This document shows positions 57,084 through 64,000 of a stretch of 64,000 bases of DNA, piece after piece (position 1 is the stretch's first letter; each line of letters begins with the position of its first letter). This DNA comes from Eledone cirrhosa (taxonomy: Eukaryota). The position numbers and the translations under genes were made by a program. Location: contig OZ024743.1 in the NCBI GenBank assembly GCA_964016885.1, positions 55,180,001 to 55,244,000 of the forward strand. The letters are read 5' to 3'. The notes under the pieces were generated by a model. The model was not told the DNA's origin and made no database searches. It worked only from the letters and a program-made list of their open reading frames with translations.

Positions 57084-57540
57084 ATTATATATGTATATTA
57101 TGTGTGTCTCTCTCTATATATACATATATATATAGGTTTAAGTGTGTATGTGCGTGTGTATGTGTGTGTTAGCGTGTGTGCATATGTGCGTATGTATGAG
57201 TGTGTGTATGGTATGTGTGTGTTAGCGTATGTGTCTGTATGCGTGTGTGTCTGTCTGTGCATGTGTCTGTGTGTATCTGTGTAAGTGTTTGTGTGTGTGT
57301 ACAGGAATTCATAAGTTTCCTAAAATATGTCTGTATGCTTAATTTTTCTTAAAAATTATAAAATGGTTCTTCCTGTCAGAGATAATAATCTGATTTGAGA
57401 ATAATGCATCTCAAAATATGAACATGGGTGTATATATATATATGTATGTGTGTGTGTGTCTGTGTTTGTGTTTGTGTGTTTGTGTGTGTGTTAAATATAT
57501 CGACTAGCAGAAAACAACCCACCGGGTGGTTTTCTGCTAG

Positions 57541-57845
57541 TCTATATATATAAAACTGAGGATGTCTGTCTGTGTGTGTCTCAGTTTGAATCCATAAAAC
57601 TCGAGAAGCACCCAACCGACTGTTTTCAAACTTTACACATGTAATACTTATGTTTCGGGGAGTGTTCTGAGTAAAAAAGAAATCAAATTTTCAATTCCCT
57701 AGGGACCACATTAGGCGATTTAGTGATCCCTCTCTATAATTCCTAGTCTTTCTCTTTTTAGATAGATACATACATATAACGTCAGCCCTTATAATATCTG
57801 TCTGTATGTCTGTATGTCTGCATCACGTCACTTCTCTGAGGATGT

Positions 57846-57903
<58 letters not shown>

Positions 57904-58440
57904 CCCTAAAACTCGAGAAGTAGCCAATCGATTTTTTTCAAACTTTACTTATGTTTCAGGGAGTGTTATGCACATAAAAAATTCAACTTTTCATCTCCTA
58001 GAGCCCGTATTAGGGAAAAAATTGCATTTTTTAAGCTTTTTAGGGGTTTTTTGAGGCGTTACGTCAGACCGATTTCATTGAAATTGTAACTATGTATTAG
58101 TCAGTCTCTTCTTGATATTGTGAGCAAAGAAAATCCAACTTTTTTATGGCCTAGGTGAAAAACTTCATTTTTTCAGCTTTTTGGGGCTTTTTGGAGGAGT
58201 TATGTCTAGCCGATTTTCCGGAAATTTCAAGGCATATTATGCACATAAACAAAATATATTTTATGATCCTCTAGGTGAAAACCTGCATTTTTCCTGTTTC
58301 ATCGAGGAAAATCTTAAAGTTTATCCAGCCATCAGATTGTTCGGTTTATTTTCTTTACATATTGCCCAGACATGCAGTTTTCCCACGATTATGTCTGTTG
58401 GCGGCCCGCGTTCCAAAATACCTTATCCCGTGCAATGTAT
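57541..58440 (+). mobile_element. Non-autonomous Helitron-like element
   Basis: TCTATATATATAAAACTG start directly after CTAG; homologous to 947-1240; internal duplication 57557-57710 / 57836-58015. Confidence 0.65.
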
Positions 58441-58683
58441 ATATATGTGTGTATATACTTTATTATTATTAATCTCCCCTAAGTTTGAGATAACATTTTG
58501 GTCGTTTGAACTGCTGCTATTTCTAGTGGCAGGACATTGACCAGTCCGCCCCTGCCTTCTGGCTTTACACACGGCACTAGACAACATTTTTTCCATCCTC
58601 ATTCACTCTCATCCGGGAACGGTTTCGTATTGCGCCAGTTTGTGATTTGAACTTGGGAATTTTATATTCTCCGAGCGAGAAGA

Positions 58684-58767
58684 ACCTTCTGACGAGAATC
58701 CTCTTCTCAATGGTGGTCCGTCTGGATTAACCATTTATTTTGGGATTTGAAACCGCGCGGTAAAGGT
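58684..58767 (+). ncRNA. Type I hammerhead ribozyme, family B, copy 2
   Basis: ACCTT-CTGACGA-GAATCC..GGATTT-GAAA-CCGCGCGG-TA-AAGGT. Confidence 0.88.
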
Positions 58768-58923
58768 ACATATAGTAAGTACAGCGAACTTTTAAAAATT
58801 TATTTTAAAACTTTTTCTCTATTTGCTAAACCTTGATTTTATATATATATATATATATATACCCTAAGTATTGAGTACTCTGGTGTGTTATGGTCCATCT
58901 GCTTCCTTAGCACACCTCCTTCG

Positions 58924-59004
<81 letters not shown>

Positions 59005-59144
59005 AAAATGTTCAGGATCCCGACGGCAGAACTCAAGCCTTTTCGACGGCTATTTCTGGACGGAGTCCTATTACCCACTCTACTACCCAAAGTATCGATT
59101 ACTCTGGTGCGTTATGGTCCACCTGGTTCCTTACCACACTTCCT

Positions 59145-59908
59145 GGAGTCTAATGCACTTAACCATCCTTTTCTGCCACGCTTCCGGGATTCTCCGCAGT
59201 TCCGTCGTCACGGCCTTTTTGATGTCGTCCACGTCTTCAAAACGGGTCCCCTGCGGGTCGTACTCGAAGATCCATGACTCATCACCAGTGATGGCTGTCC
59301 CTAGCAAGTCTGGTTCGGTTTCAAGACGCTCGAGGATGTCCTGGCAACTTGCATGCGTCGACCCTTCTGGTCATCGTTCAGCTGTTTTGCCACCATCATC
59401 GCGCAGATTTACCGCATGTCCAAATCTTCAGTGAGAATCTTCCAGACGCTGTCCCGATTCATGCCCAGCTCATTTGCCATCAGTCGAACAGTCAGCCGAC
59501 GATCGCTACGCACCATCTGCCTGACGCGCTCAACGTTGACCTCAGTCCTGGTTGTTGAGGGCCTTCCGCTTCTGGGGTCATCTTGCACCACACAAAAACA
59601 CGTGAGCGTGACATCGTCCCATCTCCATACACTTGCTGCAGCAATCCCAGTGCTTCTGACGGAGTTTTCCCCAACCGTACCAGAAACTTCAAGTTTGTTC
59701 GTTGCTCTGTGCTCATTGCTTGACGGCCTGAAACAGAAGAGATGTATATAAAATTATGAAGAAAAAAGTTTGATAGCTGCAGAGAGCTAAGATTGCAGTT
59801 AGATACTCCAGGGGGATTACTTTGAAGGAGAAAACTCTTAGTGTGAAGTTTGGGTTTGAAATAAATCTTTTGTGACATCAGTCCTGGAACTTTTCTGACA
59901 CACCACGT
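59145..59908 (-). mobile_element. Mariner (Tc1/mariner) transposon remnant
   Basis: MSTEQRTNLKFLVRLGKTPSEA..VYGDGTMSRSRVFVW and DDPRSGRPST..DRRLTVR..ELG..ILTEDL; TIR-like TA|CGTGGTGTGTCAGAAAAGTTCCAGGACTG at the 59908 end; frameshifts and deletions. Confidence 0.88.
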
Positions 59909-59935
59909 ATATATATCTCTCTATATATATATCTA

Positions 59936-59990
<55 letters not shown>

Positions 59991-60016
59991 TCATTTCTAG
60001 CCTCACCACTCTTACA

Positions 60017-60361
60017 GGCCCTAACATGTCTTTCCGTATCCACGACTCGTTCACCTGCACATCCACCCACGTTGTCTATGCCCTCCGGCGTTCCCTTTGC
60101 GGGTCTTTATATATCGGACAAACATGACGCCGTATGGGGGACCGTTTTGCCGAGCATTTGAGGGACATACGACTCGGTTTGGATACTCCTGTCACCAGTC
60201 ATTTCTGTTCTCCTGTTCATTCTTCCTTATATGCTTCAGCCCTGGGTGTCATTTTACATCATGGATCACAGGCCTCGCGCACCAGGACTGAACAGAGTCT
60301 GATTCACCGTCTTGGGTCTTATTCCCCTCTTGGACTCAACTCACCTCCCCAATTTCTCTAA
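60017..60361 (+). pseudogene. PLE GIY-YIG endonuclease remnant (Neptune-like)
   Basis: FTCTSTHVVYAL..CGSLYIGQT*RRMGDRFAEHLRDI..PVTSHF..R.RTEQSLIHRLGSYSPLGLN. Confidence 0.88.
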
Positions 60362-60853
60362 TACCCCGTACATTATCAAACCCCTAGATTCCTATCGCTT
60401 TCTCATGATCAATAACATCTCTTACAACTAATACATGCCGACTATATATACTCATTCCACTTTTCCCTTCACTGCTCTCTATACACACATACACAGCCTT
60501 GTATTAACATACTTTTGCTCATAGCTTCGGACTTACATGCACACACTTTTTACTCACATATACACACACATTTCTCCTTAGCTTCGTACGGACGTATAAT
60601 AACACACACACACACACACACACACATTCTTACGCACGTGCACAATTATAGCACTTTTTACAAAACGTTTTTTTTCCATTTCAGGTAGACGCGCTCCAAC
60701 ATCACTTTTCTAAAAAATAAATCATACCCAAAACGCCAGCACCAACAATTTTGGAAGAGATGTCAACATGAATGGACCTGTTATTTTTATCTACAGATAT
60801 TTTTTTCAAAATTAAACCCGCTCGTCCCCTCAATCTATTTATTTATCATTCTT

Positions 60854-60889
60854 TCTTCTGATGAAGGACTAGCGTCCGAAACGTTAAGA
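60854..60889 (+). ncRNA. Minimal type I hammerhead, family D
   Basis: TCTT-CTGATGA-a-GGAC-tagc-GTCC-GAAA-CG-TT-AAGA, about 500 nt downstream of the PLE endonuclease on the same strand. Confidence 0.78.
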
Positions 60890-61076
60890 CCCTCTTCCTG
60901 CTATATCAAGCGTTAACCTGATATATCCCTTCCATATACTGTATCGGTTGTTATTTCTGTTTACTTTTTACATATATATATATATATAATATACTATATA
61001 TATATATATATATATAATATATATATTTATATATATTATATTATATATATGATATAATATAATATAATATATATAT

Positions 61077-61108
<32 letters not shown>

Positions 61109-61114
61109 AAAGGA

Positions 61115-61327
61115 ACGATCGACTTTCGTCAAATCGGACCGAGGAAACAATGTTCCCGTTGGTCTTTCCAATTGCTAATACTATCTATCGGTCGCAACTC
61201 CAGGTAGAAGAAGGAGCAACGTGAAATAAAGTGTCTTGCTCAAGGACATAACGCATCGCCTGGTCCAGGAATCGAACTCACAACCTTACGATTGCGAATC
61301 CAATTCTCTAACCACTCAGCCACACGC

Positions 61328-61328
<1 letters not shown>
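61115..61328 (-). mobile_element. tRNA-derived SINE, second family
   Basis: Near-identical to 22035-22247. Confidence 0.8.
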
Positions 61329-61373
<45 letters not shown>

Positions 61374-61480
61374 ATTATATATATATATTATATATATATT
61401 ATATTATATATATGATATAATATAATATAATATATATATATATATATATTATATAATATATATATATATATATATATAAT

Positions 61481-61536
<56 letters not shown>

Positions 61537-61567
61537 AATATATATATAATATATATATATATATAAT

Positions 61568-61619
<52 letters not shown>

Positions 61620-61622
61620 AAT

Positions 61623-61664
<42 letters not shown>

Positions 61665-61685
61665 ATATTATATATAATATATATA

Positions 61686-61732
<47 letters not shown>

Positions 61733-61863
61733 GTGGTTATATTTAATTTGTTGGGATTCAACAAGCTTAAACATTTTTATAACTGATATAAAGCACTCAA
61801 CAGTATAGTGGAGTAAATATACAATATATTAACAAATGGAAACTATATTTATAAAACTATATT

Positions 61864-61929
61864 TATTTTATTATACATATTTCAAGGGCCACCAAGGCAA
61901 ATTATGGTGCGCTTTCATCAGATAAAATA
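61864..61929 (-). ncRNA. Type I hammerhead ribozyme, family A
   Basis: TATTTTAT-CTGATGA-aagcgcacca..tggtggccctt-GAAA-TATGTA-TA-ATAAAATA; left arm of mini fold-back 61728-62079. Confidence 0.8.
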
Positions 61930-62007
61930 CAATACAGATGCTCCAACCGGTAAGGTTGTCTTTTTTCAGGGTATGTCAATATTTATTTATAAAACTAATC
62001 TGTATTG

Positions 62008-62073
62008 TATTTTATCTGATGAAAGCGCACCATAATTTGCCTTGGTGGCCCTTGAAATATGTATAATAAAATA
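62008..62073 (+). ncRNA. Type I hammerhead ribozyme, family A
   Basis: Mirror copy of 61864-61929. Confidence 0.8.
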
Positions 62074-62078
62074 AATAT

Positions 62079-62795
62079 AAATGTGGAAATGCTGCTGTAA
62101 TATGATAGGGGACCGTGAGGCATCCAAAACATGGTAAGGGGACCGCCGAGAAAAAACTTTGGAAAAGTTTGGGAACCACTGTTCGATAGCTTCTTTCAGT
62201 AGGGTTATGCCTGTTCCAGCGCGTCGCCCTCACCGTCATCTAAGGCAATATATTCTTCATCCTGTCGGCCGGGAACCAGAAGCGAAGGGTGAGTTAGTCG
62301 TTCGGAGGTCATTCTATTTATTAAAAACTATAGCTATGACAATACAGCTTAAATTATTACCGAGAGTTACTTGAATACCACTCGTATTATTTTATTTATT
62401 TATATATATATATATATATGTGTATTATATATATACATATATACAATCATAGATTTGCGCACATACACCATGCTTGTGAAATAAAATAATACGAGTGGTA
62501 TTCAAGTAACTCTCGGTAATAATTTAAGCTGTATTGTCATAGCTATAGTTTTTAATAAATAGAATGACCTCCGAACGACTAACTCACCCTTCGCTTCTGG
62601 TTCCCGGCCGACAGGATGAAGAACATATTGCCTTAGATGACGGTGAGGGCGACGCGCTGGAATAGGCATAACCCTACTGAAAGAAGCTATCGAACAGTGG
62701 TTCCCAAACTTTTCCAAAGTTTTTTCTCGGCTGTCCCTTACCATGTTTTGGATGCCTCACGGTCCCCTATCATATTACAGCAGCATTTCCACATT
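62079..62795. repeat. Inverted duplication of about 315 nt around a (TA)n spacer
   Basis: Arms 62079-62394 / 62480-62795 with a few substitutions. Confidence 0.9.
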
Positions 62796-63019
62796 TTTTC
62801 AAAGACAAACTTTAATGAAATGCATGACAATTCTACTACCATTTAATGTAAGTAGTATCAAAATGCCCCAAACTGCTATCATGTTCAATGCTTTCTAAAA
62901 GGTTTATTCAAGAAAAAATGCTTCCTAGATTTAAAACTTCAATCTTTGTATACTATGAAAATTTGACTAAGCCTTCGCGGTCCCCTAGGAGATCACGGAC
63001 CCTTGTTTGGGAACTACTG
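62695..63019. mobile_element. hAT-type MITE
   Basis: TIRs CAGTGGTTCCCAAAC / GTTTGGGAACTACTG; degenerate 8-bp TSD CTATCGAA / CTATAAAA. Confidence 0.75.
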
Positions 63020-63139
63020 CTATAAAAGAAGACTCTTGCTGAAGGTGCCGCACAGCGGGACTTAACCCTGAACCATGCTGGAAATCCTAACCCACACAGA
63101 CATGACTGCATCTATTTGTTTGTTTCATCCAATACATTT

Positions 63140-63230
<91 letters not shown>

Positions 63231-64000
63231 TTTCTCTCTCTCTCCATGATCAAGGTGTGTGGCGTACTGTTTTATCATGTTCGTCTGACGATTATATAGT
63301 TGGGAATTCGATTCCCCTCAGCATGCTCTGTCCTTGAGCAAGGCACTTTATTTCTCCTTATGCCAATTCGCTTAGCTGGCAAAAATGTAGTTGTATCTCT
63401 CCGGCAAAGGGTCAGCCTTGTCACACAATGTATTATGCCGAGTCTCCCTGACAATTATATGAAATGTACACGTCACTATAGAAAGCTCAAACATGCTGCT
63501 CCGAGGATAAAACAACAGGAAACTTCCTCCTCGAAACCGACGAAGGTCCAGCAACAACAATGTTATTAGCCACTCAGTTATAAAGGTGGTGGGTTCGCAG
63601 AATCGTTAAAGCGTCGGACAAAATACTTTGTAGTACGATACAAAATACTTTGTAGTACGAATTCAAATCCTGCCGATACCAACTTAGCCTCTCAACTTTC
63701 CGGTATCGATGAAAGAAAGAACTAGTTAAATCGACATCTCCTTCGCTCAAAATAACTAGCTCTGTATTTAAACCATTGGGCAAACAACTTGAACACAGCT
63801 TATGTTTTAGCAGGCTGTTCTAGGGTGATGTAATGCTGTGAGCATTAGTTGCATTAAGTCAAATGGCTTTAACTTGGAATTGTAACTACATCAAGTTGCC
63901 AGGAATATATATCTTCCTATGTGACAACTAATTATTTCTTAGAGAACAGATGTATATAATAATAGGATTGTGATTTAGGCACAAGGCCAGCTATTGTTGG

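Noticed and set aside
60125-60127. In-frame TGA in a PLE endonuclease as selenocysteine recoding
   Set aside because: It falls at a non-Cys position (YIGQT*RR, normally Gly/Lys) in a truncated copy, and I see no SECIS. A simple nonsense mutation is more likely.

Overview
This is an AT-rich, microsatellite-saturated eukaryotic region. The SINE families and the (TA)n/(CA)n/(GA)n load suggest an octopod cephalopod, which is an inference. I find only one plausible host exon (6268-7026, +, a terminal coding exon of about 252 aa with no product I recognise). The rest is nested mobile DNA. It includes one near full-length Penelope-like element (PLE, 16360-19332) and six further PLE GIY-YIG remnants, LINE fragments (CRE-, R4/Dong-, RTE- and CR1-like), Helitron remnants, a mariner, a hAT MITE and many tRNA-derived SINEs. 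The main hidden signal is at the RNA level. Reading both strands by eye gives about 23 type I hammerhead ribozyme (HHR) motifs from roughly 6-7 sequence families. They sit in PLE terminal repeats and in ORF-less elements embedded in (TA)n tracts. Many occur as outward-facing pairs in long fold-back repeats. They show compensatory changes in stem II and in the palindromic stem III, and a recurrent U3-A8 core variant. The link between HHRs and PLEs is already established. The density, the covariation and several non-canonical candidates are what merit testing. All folds were done manually, no activity is shown, and repeat boundaries are approximate.
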